NCBI GenBank assembly: GCA_000002435.2
Contig: CM018792.1
DNA from: Giardia intestinalis
Lineage: Eukaryota
Strand: one strand, 5' to 3'
DNA: 64,000 nucleotides
Position numbers and translations under genes: made by a program. The notes beneath the pieces are model-generated. The model had not been told where the DNA came from and did no database searches. It worked only from the letters and a program-made list of their open reading frames with translations. Shown piece by piece: positions 18,901 through 28,126 of this stretch. How positions within the stretch are numbered: position 1 is the first letter of the stretch; each line of letters starts with the position of its first letter.

Positions 18901-20859
18901 GATAGCTTTCACAGAGAGAACCGGAAGGTCGTTGAGATGCAACGCCTGTGCTTGCCCCATTGATAAAGAAACGGCTTTTAAGAGGAACTGTACTGCAAAG
19001 CAGCGATGAAAGAAGAGCGCATGCATGCCATAGATAATGTTTTTCAGGTGATTTGTATTAACATACCCCTGCGTAACAAGCCTCTTTGAAAAGGCGTCGT
19101 AAACACCTCGAACAAATTTAGTCAAATTAGTAAACGAATGCTCTCTGCTAAATATTTCACACAATCTCGTAATGTCTAACTCAGACAGCTCAATAAAGAG
19201 AGGTATAGTCTTGCAGTATGGACCCAATATCCCCAATGCAAAGGGATACGTATGAAGGCTCCCATATACAAAGGAAAGTACCGAGCTATAGAATGACGCA
19301 CTGGACAAAGCGGTTAAGACGGTGGTACGTAGCGTTTCTGTAGCATGCTGGTCACTAGACAACAGTGGCATAAGTATTTGTAAGAACACATCCAATTCTA
19401 CGGAAAAACGAGAAGCAATCCGCGTGCACGAGCCACTCATTGACGGAGTTTTTAGGTTGGCTTTCTGGGGGTCTCCCTCAAAAAGCTGTATGATTTGGGG
19501 ACAGAGACAGTAATTGGCAGCCTCTGCGGTGACAAGAAGTAGAGTTTCTGCCATGTAGAATGTAATCATGACTCCCTCTACAAGAAGTGGCAACTTGGCT
19601 GCGTTCTGCGCCAGAGCTGATAGCTTGTCCGAAAGTAAGTTGTACAGCACATTTAACTGTTTCACCGAAGAAACCCTGTCTCCAAACACAAATGTGTACT
19701 CTAGGATGTGGAGATATGGCTGCAAAAACATAATTATGGGATTGTTTTCGCGTAGCATTGTACAAATCAGTGACAGACTGATCAGATCACCATCAAAAAG
19801 CTGCCGAACACTTTGTGTGTACGCCTTTGTGGTTTTCTTGAGAAGACCAGTGGTAGCAATCCGGGTTTGATCAAAGTTAGGTATCAAATTTGTTTCATCT
19901 AAATAAATTCCCTTTGTGTATAAAAAGTACGTTAAATAATATTGAAAAGATTGCCACGGATTGGATTTTTTTGATTTAAGAAAGTCAATCTTGTAGTGTA
20001 CTCTGGTACAGCACTGTTTGAATAGAGGCAGTAGCTCGTGCATAAACCTGTCACCTTCTGAATCAGCAGTGGTTGTTGTTGACGAGGATGACTCGCTCAG
20101 CTCAATGGAGTACTTGTGTTTGATAGACAGGAAAAAGGGAGTGGGAACGAGGAACGAGAGATAGGTTCCGTTGATATCTAAGAGCGTCTGAGTGTTTGGA
20201 TCAAATGTAAACATAAATGAAACTACAAGGTGGTAAGCAAAAACCTTCAGTAGCTCTTTGCAGTCGGGTATATAGGGTGTCCCCATAGCAACGGTTACTA
20301 ACACTGGCTGAAGCTCCTTAGCGGAAAAGGAACCCAGTAATTCAGTGCACACTGCCGTGATTCGACTATAACACGTCTCTAGGGGAGATGCTGACGGTCT
20401 TCTAGATCCTGCCTCAACGTCCTCTGCAGCAGAGCTTGGTTGGGCATGTAAACTTGAGTACTGGATTATGTACGAAATGATAGTTTGCAGTGGGCGTGTG
20501 GACAGCTTCTTCAAAAGAAGGAATGTCTGGGCAAGTATCTCCAAAAGGCCTATCAGTACCTCTAATTCATAAAATTTGGCAATGGGCTGCTTCAAGCTGG
20601 TAATGTGACGCATCATGGTCAGCGAGATGTTTTTGACCGTATGCACCGTGCTCCCAGCAAGATTCCCTTGCGCAGCATTTGCCAAAAGAGCTCCCAATAA
20701 AGACGTCAGCGTGGATGACAGAGAATAAAGCTCATCTGAAGACATAGGCAGTGAGGCTACATTTATGTGCGTCAGTATCCGCATCAGCACGCCATCTAAT
20801 TCTTTTGAATCATCACTTATGCAGCAGGCCAAGGCGTTAATAAGCTCTGTCAATGACAT
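15931..20859 (-). CDS. ESP1: separase (Esp1, peptidase C50)
   Basis: ATG verified (20859..20857). The C-terminal region contains the caspase-like His/Cys dyad context VFFFAGHGCGE ... LFMGCSSL, typical of separase (..GHGSG.. / ..LMGCSSG..), preceded by a long helical N-terminal region. 1642 aa. Confidence 0.7.
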   Translation of the reverse strand: MSLTELINALACCISDDSKELDGVLMRILTHINVASLPMSSDELYSLSSTLTSLLGALLANAAQGNLAGSTVHTVKNISLTMMRHITSLKQPIAKFYELEVLIGLLEILAQTFLLLKKLSTRPLQTIISYIIQYSSLHAQPSSAAEDVEAGSRRPSASPLETCYSRITAVCTELLGSFSAKELQPVLVTVAMGTPYIPDCKELLKVFAYHLVVSFMFTFDPNTQTLLDINGTYLSFLVPTPFFLSIKHKYSIELSESSSSTTTTADSEGDRFMHELLPLFKQCCTRVHYKIDFLKSKKSNPWQSFQYYLTYFLYTKGIYLDETNLIPNFDQTRIATTGLLKKTTKAYTQSVRQLFDGDLISLSLICTMLRENNPIIMFLQPYLHILEYTFVFGDRVSSVKQLNVLYNLLSDKLSALAQNAAKLPLLVEGVMITFYMAETLLLVTAEAANYCLCPQIIQLFEGDPQKANLKTPSMSGSCTRIASRFSVELDVFLQILMPLLSSDQHATETLRTTVLTALSSASFYSSVLSFVYGSLHTYPFALGILGPYCKTIPLFIELSELDITRLCEIFSREHSFTNLTKFVRGVYDAFSKRLVTQGYVNTNHLKNIIYGMHALFFHRCFAVQFLLKAVSLSMGQAQALHLNDLPVLSVKAIIERSPLMSYISKARLTSQLYLLLMYGYIILDQFIMVYFYSRKYHDTLQLTCLDFFSMVSDELTRCRMLETDFGQHGTKVVKQVPPSMHHDDLALEDLSVGDTVLCTSDIYSSLAYLRAESALISATEAVIYTPQNWSALLFGSRTLKQLMNVKSGLRAFSSQISALLQRPDIFTFTYAILLICEVLCCDSGKLYGYFTFPLNHEDRLALTGILRPFLELLVGNFTDISVTTELQYSLFSSPSGSSTEFVVGLLKSLELACQPILQDITPVLLNRIALIKASIYKTEHEELSRNLLVQPGLTAGVYQLIDWAVSNSERAATLIVSPSYDVQCPFHSVTPGLSLHKSLARASYNYTLCPRCASDIASYKVTSADCHYVRIVSLCDVFSRSMTAQSHALEEPSGQCLSSLSHNAALSQASEQGCSLSAAINLKGFSVKLYGSLDIRTAMTILSRLCGVDALSSYTTLLAAAVSSTSQGSFSWLGTLAHLHGNILRALFFSHAAALSTLETSKPTESDKAQWAKTLIIANAEMQKCATQLLPAFIGAWKGLLDPKYNLDICTHLLRDTLRGESVCEYECIQSDILEIYRLLMEVMSLAIEPLKSLSSVTASVGKESAFSLTILGLMGISRGGNSDLELIIVSLTLIVGILSDLSTFALPSANLACSYLTMQLKDSTNAIAALHSLHLVLFSLPFSQVYDSIAQTPAVLGARQTLDSVIASGCRQFSTLLMSPEAAQELSTVLFAGDASRYFLSCVKIAYILRKLSQASVKMAVSKVVLNTDSAFYRFPFDHSPLFAPETMVSRIHAGAETRIGPQRRFLIDPLGDLRRTRERMKGLMLELPGNWDGLLGKVEGGSADSRQPLALLKETADGVFFFAGHGCGEAVLPLNSIAELQQLPFCLFMGCSSLSHIPIGHRYEVGTYQYYSSSPLMLGTLWDGISGELDNITAHFMKQWTKGEKGLYSCLADAIAESSLRYLVGYSIIIIGDSSTKYMC

Positions 20860-20890
20860 TTGATTTAAGTGATGAAATGCTTGGCAATGC

Positions 20891-22096
20891 CTAGTCTTTT
20901 ACTTTTGTCTTCAGCTCCTGCTCACCACAGAGCCGAGGGTCACAGTAGTCCGAAGCTTCTGCAAAGAAGTATTGATGCTCGGCCAGATAGTCCAATAGGA
21001 GGAGAAAGCGACTCAGAAGGTAGTTGATGTCAGTGTTCATTTCCTTCAATCTGTCTGGAAACTGTATTAGAACACGAAGCAGGTGATCTGCACCAAAGAT
21101 AGTCAGCACAGATGCGTCATTTGACGACTGGAATTGTTTCAAAGACTGTGTGTCCATGCAAAAGTAGAGGAGGGGCTCCTCGTTTTCATAAAATAGAGAC
21201 CCATTTGCGTACATCGCTGCGAACTGCTTCAAGACTATTGACTCAAAAAGGCTCCGGAAGAAAAGCTTGGATGGCTCTATGGCAGAGTTGTCTAGAGGAT
21301 CGGTCCGAAATAGGTCCAATATGGAAAGTATGCTGTGGCGTGCTGGAAGCTTGAGAACCCTCTTCTTCTGACACATGTACTCGCTGAAGATCAAGCGCCG
21401 AAGAAGATCTGTTGGCATGAGCTCGGCCCCGTTGCATTCGGGATTGATATGGCAATACTCCAATCTGTTAAGCTTTGCTGTGCGCTGTATCAACACGTGA
21501 GATACTTCTAGTGGAAGAATTACGCTCGTCTTGTTATTGCAATCCAAATCTGAGGCTGTCCCGTTCCCCATAACCTGGTTACTCTTGGCGACAGAGTCTC
21601 CTGGATGCACCATGGTTGTCCAAGTCTCGCGCCGAATGCTCTCATAGGAAAAAGACGATTGACCCATGGCAGTGCGACTGTACGGTAGGGTGGTTGGCTT
21701 GATGAAGAATACATTGACGGCCTGATCGGGGCTCAGCGCAGAGTAGTCTATCTCTCCTTGAAGAGGCATGGTGTTGCGCTCTTCCTGGCTTAGCTTTCTG
21801 AATACCGATGCAGGGATAGTCTCTCCTTTAAAGTAGACAAGCGTCTTTCCATTGGTCTGGTATTCAACCGATTTTAGTACGCGTGCCACAAACTTCCTGG
21901 ACATCTTGCTGTACATCACTGGGTGTGCCAAAAGAAATTCTATCCTGAACTCATTGAGCTCTCCAGAGTGAACGTCGAAGAGCCGATCGTAGCCAAACCA
22001 GCGAACTGAAATAGATTGCTTACTATCTATTTCTTCTATTACAATATGGTAGTAAATCTTCCCCCGCTGGAGAATTGCATGATCACCAACGTTCAT
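20891..22096 (-). CDS. MRG/Eaf3-like (MORF4-related) chromatin protein
   Basis: ATG verified (22096..22094). The C-terminal block LPARHSILSILDLF...FGADHLLRVLIQFPDRLKEMNTD resembles the MRG domain (..LPA..T.. ; IYGAEHLLRLFVKLPEL...). The N-terminus KIYYHIVIEEID...VRWFGYD is chromo-barrel-like. Confidence 0.5.
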   Translation of the reverse strand: MNVGDHAILQRGKIYYHIVIEEIDSKQSISVRWFGYDRLFDVHSGELNEFRIEFLLAHPVMYSKMSRKFVARVLKSVEYQTNGKTLVYFKGETIPASVFRKLSQEERNTMPLQGEIDYSALSPDQAVNVFFIKPTTLPYSRTAMGQSSFSYESIRRETWTTMVHPGDSVAKSNQVMGNGTASDLDCNNKTSVILPLEVSHVLIQRTAKLNRLEYCHINPECNGAELMPTDLLRRLIFSEYMCQKKRVLKLPARHSILSILDLFRTDPLDNSAIEPSKLFFRSLFESIVLKQFAAMYANGSLFYENEEPLLYFCMDTQSLKQFQSSNDASVLTIFGADHLLRVLIQFPDRLKEMNTDINYLLSRFLLLLDYLAEHQYFFAEASDYCDPRLCGEQELKTKVKD

Positions 22097-22153
22097 TAGA
22101 ATTTTTTAAGGAGACTGGTTGCTGTGCGAAGATGGCACGGTTTACTGCTGGGT

Positions 22154-22488
22154 CTAGGGCTTGAACTCGGCGTCCATGGACGTCACGGCGATGATGAAGT
22201 ACTTGCCTTCGGGGATACAAATAATTTCACGCTTGTCAGACCTGATACGGACGTAATTAAGCTCGTTTGTGGGGTCTATGTCGCGTATAGCAGATCGAGA
22301 CAATACAGTATAGGATGAGACAAGTTTCACGTATCTGGCAGTCATTTCGTCATCGAATGTGCTCCGGATAACTGTGCCGTCGTCCATGAGGACCAGAAGA
22401 CCCTGCACACCCGGATGGGTGCTAATTCTCTTTATTGTAGCCTCTACGTCATTCTGTGTGTTAGGTTATGCGGGAGATAACATACCAT
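22154..22488 (-). CDS. dynein light chain roadblock/LC7; spliced: complement(join(22154..22453,22486..22488))
   Basis: Exon 1 is the ATG alone (22488..22486). A 32-nt intron spans 22485..22454. Exon 2 starts AAT GAC GTA GAG... The spliced product is MNDVEATIKRISTHPGVQGLLVLMDDGTVIRSTFDDEMTARYVKLVSSYTVLSRSAIRDIDPTNELNYVRIRSDKREIICIPEGKYFIIAVTSMD... (100 aa). It matches human DYNLRB1 ([35 protein letters not shown]...[36 protein letters not shown]). The track ORF (22154..22408) begins at an internal GTG. Confidence 0.85.
22454..22485 (-). other. spliceosomal cis-intron, 32 nt (GTATGTTATCTCCCGCATAACCTAACACACAG)
   Basis: Minus-strand read: CT ATG | GTATGTTATCTCCCGCATAACCTAACACACAG | AATGACGTAGAGG. 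The 5' GTATGT and 3' CTAACACACAG (branch A fused to the acceptor AG) fit the Giardia intron consensus. Splicing restores an in-frame conserved N-terminus; unspliced, an in-frame TAA (22468..22466) blocks it. Confidence 0.8.
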
Positions 22489-22590
22489 AGCGTTTTAGAC
22501 TTTCGCAAAACCATGATTTATGTCAAATGGCTGTGGAATAGTGGGACGATACTAAAGACATAAATTCTTGGAAAATCGATTGAGCAGGCC

Positions 22591-23910
22591 ATGTCTGCCG
22601 CCACCCTTGTCAATACGCTTCAATACAACGTTCCCTTGCAATTTTCAAGTAATGGGAAGGTTGTCACAGGAGTCGTCAGGCGGTATTCTGGCGAAGACCT
22701 GCAGAAGAATGCTGACCTTCATGCAGCTTTTGTCTCCCTCTACACACACATTCTCCCCGATGTCGATCGAGACGAATGCAAGCGTGATCTGCTGGGACCC
22801 AACACTATCCATATTGGGGTGTTTCGTTCGGACCAGGAAGTCCGAGGTGACTGGCAGACCAAGCCGATTAGAATCCTTAAGCACTATAAAAGGTATCACG
22901 CAGACCCTCTCGGGGAAGATATTGAGATATTGCCCGGAACAGACTCCGCTGTAGAAGAGGCTGCGGACACCTACAAGCCCCGATCAGTGGACTCATCATT
23001 CTCTGGGCCAACTGATGATGACGAACCCACAGGGGAAAGACTCATTAGTCGTATCATGGAATATGTCAAGGCCCCGAAACAGCGAAAGGAAGTGGGGAGG
23101 TTTATAAAGGCCAAGCTTCCTCGCCTTCATGCCCAACTTAAGACAGGAGAGTTGCGTGAATCAGATTTAGATGCAACCAAGCGAAAGATACGCCATAAAG
23201 ATAGGATTCTTGGGGGTGCAAGCATCTTAATCCGAGATAACCCTGAGGGGATTACTGAACCATGCCGTCTATGCCAATTGATTTACATTGGCGTTCGAAC
23301 TCGATTTCAGCTTCTCAAATTAGGTAGGAAGCTCTGCGCTACCACTATTTATACAGAAGCCGTGGAGGAATTCCATTCAGATGTGTATTTTACCTATGCT
23401 GGGAGCAACGCAATTCGCTTCTTCAAACGATGTGGACTAGACGACGATCCCATGATTGCAGGCAGGTATGCACACTTGGACAATGAATGGACAGATGTGT
23501 TGCCGATGGCCAGGCTTCTCAAGATCCCGGCCCACATGGAGCAGATCCTATCGTCTAAAGATAACAAGGGCACAAGCAGAGCCGCGCTTTATACTATGTG
23601 GCGTGATGCTGCTTTTCGTAGATACGCAGAGGAGTCCCACTTCGTTAGTCACTGTGTTGCTGAGATGGACCGGATGCAACAGAGACTCGCAAGTTTGGAG
23701 AAGGCAGAGAAGTTGTACAATGCCGTACTTACACAGGAGCGCAGCCGATGCATAATGTATGAGCAGATAATAGCAAAGTTGGAGTCTCAGCTCCTTGACG
23801 CAGGGATCAAGCCAAATATAGACAGGGACGAAGTGCTCAAAAAGGTAATAGAACAGATTGCAGCGGCAAATACTTTAGATGAGCACGATGCTGAACATAA
23901 AAAAGCATAG
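22591..23910 (+). CDS. hypothetical protein (439 aa)
   Basis: ATG verified at 22591. Long ORF, no recognisable domain. Divergent from the roadblock gene across a spacer of about 100 bp. Confidence 0.6.
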   Translation: MSAATLVNTLQYNVPLQFSSNGKVVTGVVRRYSGEDLQKNADLHAAFVSLYTHILPDVDRDECKRDLLGPNTIHIGVFRSDQEVRGDWQTKPIRILKHYKRYHADPLGEDIEILPGTDSAVEEAADTYKPRSVDSSFSGPTDDDEPTGERLISRIMEYVKAPKQRKEVGRFIKAKLPRLHAQLKTGELRESDLDATKRKIRHKDRILGGASILIRDNPEGITEPCRLCQLIYIGVRTRFQLLKLGRKLCATTIYTEAVEEFHSDVYFTYAGSNAIRFFKRCGLDDDPMIAGRYAHLDNEWTDVLPMARLLKIPAHMEQILSSKDNKGTSRAALYTMWRDAAFRRYAEESHFVSHCVAEMDRMQQRLASLEKAEKLYNAVLTQERSRCIMYEQIIAKLESQLLDAGIKPNIDRDEVLKKVIEQIAAANTLDEHDAEHKKA

Positions 23911-24008
23911 ATGTAGATCACAGTAGATATGTACCGCACAGCTTCGTTTCTCACTAATTCCTACAACTTGATATTAATTAAGTCCTGTTGCTGCATACTC
24001 ACCGCACT

Positions 24009-24215
24009 ATGATAGCACCACCTACGTATTCATACACCGAATGGTACATAGAGCGCTTTAGAACTCTCCTGGCTGCTCGCTTTCTCAAACCCAAGGATAT
24101 CGTCTACCTTTCTGTTCTGGGAACATTAGGGTACCTGTTTGCTTCACAACTAATTAAGGAATTGCGGAGCTTGTTGGTCTTCAGCTTAGGGTCGCGACTC
24201 CTGACCAAAGAGTAA
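24009..24215 (+). CDS. small tail-anchored membrane protein, possible Sec61-gamma/SecE-like (68 aa)
   Basis: Track ORF 23988..24215 starts at TTG. First ATG at 24009 gives 68 aa: MIAPPTYSYTEWYIERFRTLLAARFLKPKDIVYLSVLGTLGYLFASQLIKELRS.... Size and the pattern ..R..K...KPd...f then a hydrophobic stretch are reminiscent of Sec61-gamma. Weak. Confidence 0.3.
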   Translation: MIAPPTYSYTEWYIERFRTLLAARFLKPKDIVYLSVLGTLGYLFASQLIKELRSLLVFSLGSRLLTKE

Positions 24216-24244
24216 ATTTAATTCTTGCTTCTCACTTTGGCCCT

Positions 24245-26515
24245 ATGGGGAGGTCGACCATTCAGGTGCATGCCCGCGTACGACCTCCTGGGGCCAACCC
24301 TGCTATGAAGGTAACAGGGAACGTTAAAGAAAACTACTCTATCGACCACGTTGATAACCGTCTCGGGTTGGTTGTCAATAATTCAGGCGTGGGGCGGAAG
24401 GATCATACATTTACGTTTGATCACATATATGACCCTCAGAGTACGCAGGAGGAGGTTTACAATAGGCTAGCGCAACCCGTGATCACAGATTTCATCAATG
24501 GCTTCAATTGTACCATTTTTGCATATGGACAGACCGGTTCTGGTAAGTCCTACACTATGACGGGCGGGTCTGGTTCATACAACGACCGCGGATTGATGCC
24601 CCGCGCCCTCGAGCAAGTCTTTGGCTTTGTGGCTAACTCCACTGAGACACGCGAGTACGAAGTTTGGCTTAGTTATATACAGATCTTCAATGAAATAGGC
24701 TATGATTTGTTAGGCATTCCAGGTGAGAACAACCCACGTCTCGAAGACCTTCCTAGAGTTACCCTTCAAGAGGACTCTGAGGGGGCTCTGCACGTGAGAG
24801 GGCTGTCTGCGCATAAAGCCACCAATGTGGAGGGCGCGCTGAACGTTCTTTGGAATGGTGACCTCAATAGGGTTGTCTGTGCCACTTCTCAAAACCAGGC
24901 ATCTTCTCGATCTCATTGCATATTCACAATACATATTAGATCTAGAGAACCGGGATCAGATGTTGTTCGTCAGAGTAAGTTTAACTTCGTCGATCTGGCC
25001 GGTAGTGAGCGTGTAGCAAAGACCCACGCCGATGGCGCTATCTTGCAGCAGGCCCGATATATTAACCAAAGTCTTTTCTATCTGGAGCAGGTCATTCATG
25101 CCCTTGGCAAAAAGAAGACCGATCCAGATTGCCACGTGCCATATCGTAACTCCATGATGACCATGTTCCTTAGAGACTCCATTGGTGGGAATTGTCGCAC
25201 AATCATGCTTGCTACTATTGCTGTCGAGACGCAAAATATGAATGAGTCCGTCTCAACCGCACAATTTGCTATGAGTGTTGGACAAATAGAAAACAAAGCT
25301 AGCATAAATGAAGACATTGATCCCAAATTACTGATTAAGCGTCTAAAAGCAGAAAACAAGGCGCTCAAGGAAGAGCTAAAGTTACTAAAGGAGGGTAGCT
25401 CTGCAAATGCAGCCAGGATTCTCAGTGACGATGACATGGAGTATGTTCGGTCTCTTCTGGACATATTTATCGCTGACCACAGCATTCTGACTCTGGATGT
25501 TGGCTCATGGGTTCGTCTGCAGTATGCTCTGCGCTTGATGAGAGATCGCCTTGCAGAGGGCGTTGGTCCAACTCCGGCAAAAGCTGATGAGACAGAGATA
25601 AATAAGCTGCGTCTTCTATTGCAGCAGCGAGACGCAGAGGTAGAAGTCCTCACGAATATGATTGGAGGGGATCAGCCCCGGCCTCAGGTTACGGCTTCTA
25701 ATGGACCGATGTACACGTATGACAACCTTGAGAATGACTACAGCATTAACGTCCCTTCGCATCAAACAGAGCTTCAGTACGGCCCCACTGAATCAGGGTC
25801 ACCTCACAGTTCTGCCTCTACTTTGCCAGACATGCCTGTAGCCGGTTTCCCGGTAAACAAGCAGTTGGGTGGTAACAGTGCCGAGCGGACCGCTCTAGCA
25901 CGAACCCGAGGCTCCTCACAAGATCAGCAACAACAAGTGCTCCGTACAGATCTCCTGAGCGATCCTCTTAAGTACGCCTCCATAGATGTTTCCCTTCTGT
26001 CAGCTAAAGACTTGCAAGATGAAAAAGGTATCTTCAAGGCATTCTTGGAGTCGTATTACAACAAAGATACACTGAATCAGAATAAGGCAACCTTGTCTAA
26101 GATGTACAAAGAAGTTAAAGCGCTTGCAGAGGTAGTCACGAAATCTAAAGAGTTGGCTGACTCGCTCAAGCAGCAGATCTTCGTCATTGTTGAGCGATCC
26201 GGTACCGAAACTGAGGAGACGGATTTACTTAAAAAGAACCTTGCGCAAACGGCAGTAGAATATAAGACTGCCATTGAGCAGTTAAAGGTCTTGAAAGTCC
26301 AGGTGAATAGCTTAGAATCGAGTCTAGAGCAGAGCAAAAAGGACATCAAAATGCATTTTGTTTCTTGGTATAAGCAAGCTGCAACTGCTGTAGCCAGCAG
26401 AGAAAACCGTATGAAAGCATCTATTCAGGAGACCACAGCATCCAATACCCAGGATATAGACCAGGACATTGCAGAATTCTATCAGCTTTCTTCTCAGATC
26501 AAGGGCCTGAACTAA
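24245..26515 (+). CDS. kinesin-like motor protein (N-terminal motor, C-terminal coiled coil)
   Basis: ATG verified. P-loop GQTGSGKSYTM; switch I SSRSHCIF; switch II VDLAGSER; neck/ATPase motifs INQSLFYLEQVI. The coiled-coil tail is rich in LKxE heptads. 756 aa. Confidence 0.9.
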   Translation: MGRSTIQVHARVRPPGANPAMKVTGNVKENYSIDHVDNRLGLVVNNSGVGRKDHTFTFDHIYDPQSTQEEVYNRLAQPVITDFINGFNCTIFAYGQTGSGKSYTMTGGSGSYNDRGLMPRALEQVFGFVANSTETREYEVWLSYIQIFNEIGYDLLGIPGENNPRLEDLPRVTLQEDSEGALHVRGLSAHKATNVEGALNVLWNGDLNRVVCATSQNQASSRSHCIFTIHIRSREPGSDVVRQSKFNFVDLAGSERVAKTHADGAILQQARYINQSLFYLEQVIHALGKKKTDPDCHVPYRNSMMTMFLRDSIGGNCRTIMLATIAVETQNMNESVSTAQFAMSVGQIENKASINEDIDPKLLIKRLKAENKALKEELKLLKEGSSANAARILSDDDMEYVRSLLDIFIADHSILTLDVGSWVRLQYALRLMRDRLAEGVGPTPAKADETEINKLRLLLQQRDAEVEVLTNMIGGDQPRPQVTASNGPMYTYDNLENDYSINVPSHQTELQYGPTESGSPHSSASTLPDMPVAGFPVNKQLGGNSAERTALARTRGSSQDQQQQVLRTDLLSDPLKYASIDVSLLSAKDLQDEKGIFKAFLESYYNKDTLNQNKATLSKMYKEVKALAEVVTKSKELADSLKQQIFVIVERSGTETEETDLLKKNLAQTAVEYKTAIEQLKVLKVQVNSLESSLEQSKKDIKMHFVSWYKQAATAVASRENRMKASIQETTASNTQDIDQDIAEFYQLSSQIKGLN

Positions 26516-26523
26516 GAACTGCA

Positions 26524-27534
26524 CTACTTAAACAGGTTTCCGCGTACCATCTTCAAATACTTGCTGTCTGGCCTTTTAAGAGGCGTAATAAAGTTTTCCA
26601 ACTTCTTATGTATCTTTTTGGTGTCAACTGTACGATCTTTGTTAATGAGTCTGTCCCGTCGTGGCCTGGTGCTTGCCTTTTTTGCTTGCAGCCTCTTCAG
26701 TTGCTCCATGACTACCATGGGGTTGGATGCACTGCCAGATTGCATCACATCTTGGCAGAGAGTAACGAGAAAATCCGAGTCGCAGAAGCAACCTCGCCAT
26801 ATCTCTGGTGCGCGCTTCTCGCGGGTAGAGGTATCTTTCTTGCTAGGGGTTTGGTTCATTGCGTCTTCCCCTTCGAGCAGTGATATTGGCCTCTTTGGTG
26901 CCTTCTCGTGTTCAGGGAGACAATCAGAATACTCAGACTGGTTTGAATGCTCGTCATCATTTGTATCTTTATTGGGGAATGCGCTAACGGTTGTATATGG
27001 AGTTGGAACGCCCAACGGAATAATCCCTCTCAGATTTGTATGTATTCGTCGTGCATATCTCTCCATATCCTGCAATAAGTAGCTTATTTGTCCGCCTATT
27101 GATTGATTTATTACAACTAACTTGTCTGTCTGATCAATGGAGGAGAGCCCTCCGTGTATCGTTTCCAGAAAGGACGTCATTGTCGGTAGAAATTCATCGG
27201 ACGGTGAGTCACCGAGGGTAGGCTCAAACCAGGGTCGATCCTCCAAGAGTTTCACTGTACTAGCTTCCATTTCTCTCACAGTGTTGTTTAATCCAATGAT
27301 AACCTTTGACAGCTGAGAGGCCTTTTCACCTGTGCTTGCAATTGCTTCACTAAGCTCAGCATTGGCCTGAAATAATGGAAGAGACCCGCTGTCCGGCAGC
27401 AAAGACACCTGCTCAAGAATCTTTTCAAAATTAATTCTTAGTCCTACAAGCTCATTGAGAAGTGTATATTGCTTGTAAACTTCCTTTGCTTGGGCCAATT
27501 TCTGTTCCGACCCATCGTCTTCAAATAACTGCAT
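26524..27534 (-). CDS. hypothetical protein (336 aa)
   Basis: Uninterrupted ORF. The N-terminus MQLFEDDGSEQ was read from the reverse complement. No recognised domain. Confidence 0.5.
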   Translation of the reverse strand: MQLFEDDGSEQKLAQAKEVYKQYTLLNELVGLRINFEKILEQVSLLPDSGSLPLFQANAELSEAIASTGEKASQLSKVIIGLNNTVREMEASTVKLLEDRPWFEPTLGDSPSDEFLPTMTSFLETIHGGLSSIDQTDKLVVINQSIGGQISYLLQDMERYARRIHTNLRGIIPLGVPTPYTTVSAFPNKDTNDDEHSNQSEYSDCLPEHEKAPKRPISLLEGEDAMNQTPSKKDTSTREKRAPEIWRGCFCDSDFLVTLCQDVMQSGSASNPMVVMEQLKRLQAKKASTRPRRDRLINKDRTVDTKKIHKKLENFITPLKRPDSKYLKMVRGNLFK

Positions 27535-28126
27535 TTATTTTTGAGTCGAGGATTTGCTTTGTTTTAGCAGTCTGTTCCCTTCAACTCACAAGAGGCAGGT
27601 ACTGTTGTAGCTTCTCTTGTTGAGCAAATGTGCGGCAGCATGGCTTTTGTCAATGGTCTATACAGCTCAGCGGCAGAGCCACCCTCTCTGAGACGACCTG
27701 TATAAAGAGCGAGAGCAATAACAAAGCATCAGGATAGCGATCACTAGCCAAGTGTGGTAGAACACGTGATAGTTACAGGCATCACATACAAGAAGGCTGT
27801 GGGCACTATGGTGGAGGACAACACTCAATACTCCAGAGTTGGATGCCACAGCGCCCTAAGTACTGGTAGAGATGCGATCTGACAGTCGGCACTCTCCACT
27901 GGGCACGTACTGGATAGCCTTCTGAGATGAAAGTTGATGATAATCGAGATTGACTAGTGACCCCAAAAACAGAGCTTGTTCACCAGAAGAGTACAACGTC
28001 AGCAGAATCCTATCAGGATTTATGCTACACCACAGCCTTTCTACTGATACCCCTGTTCGTGGCGAGCACCATCGCAGTGACCTGCCAGCAAGACGGGAAC
28101 CATACAGCGACCTGCGCACAGAATAA

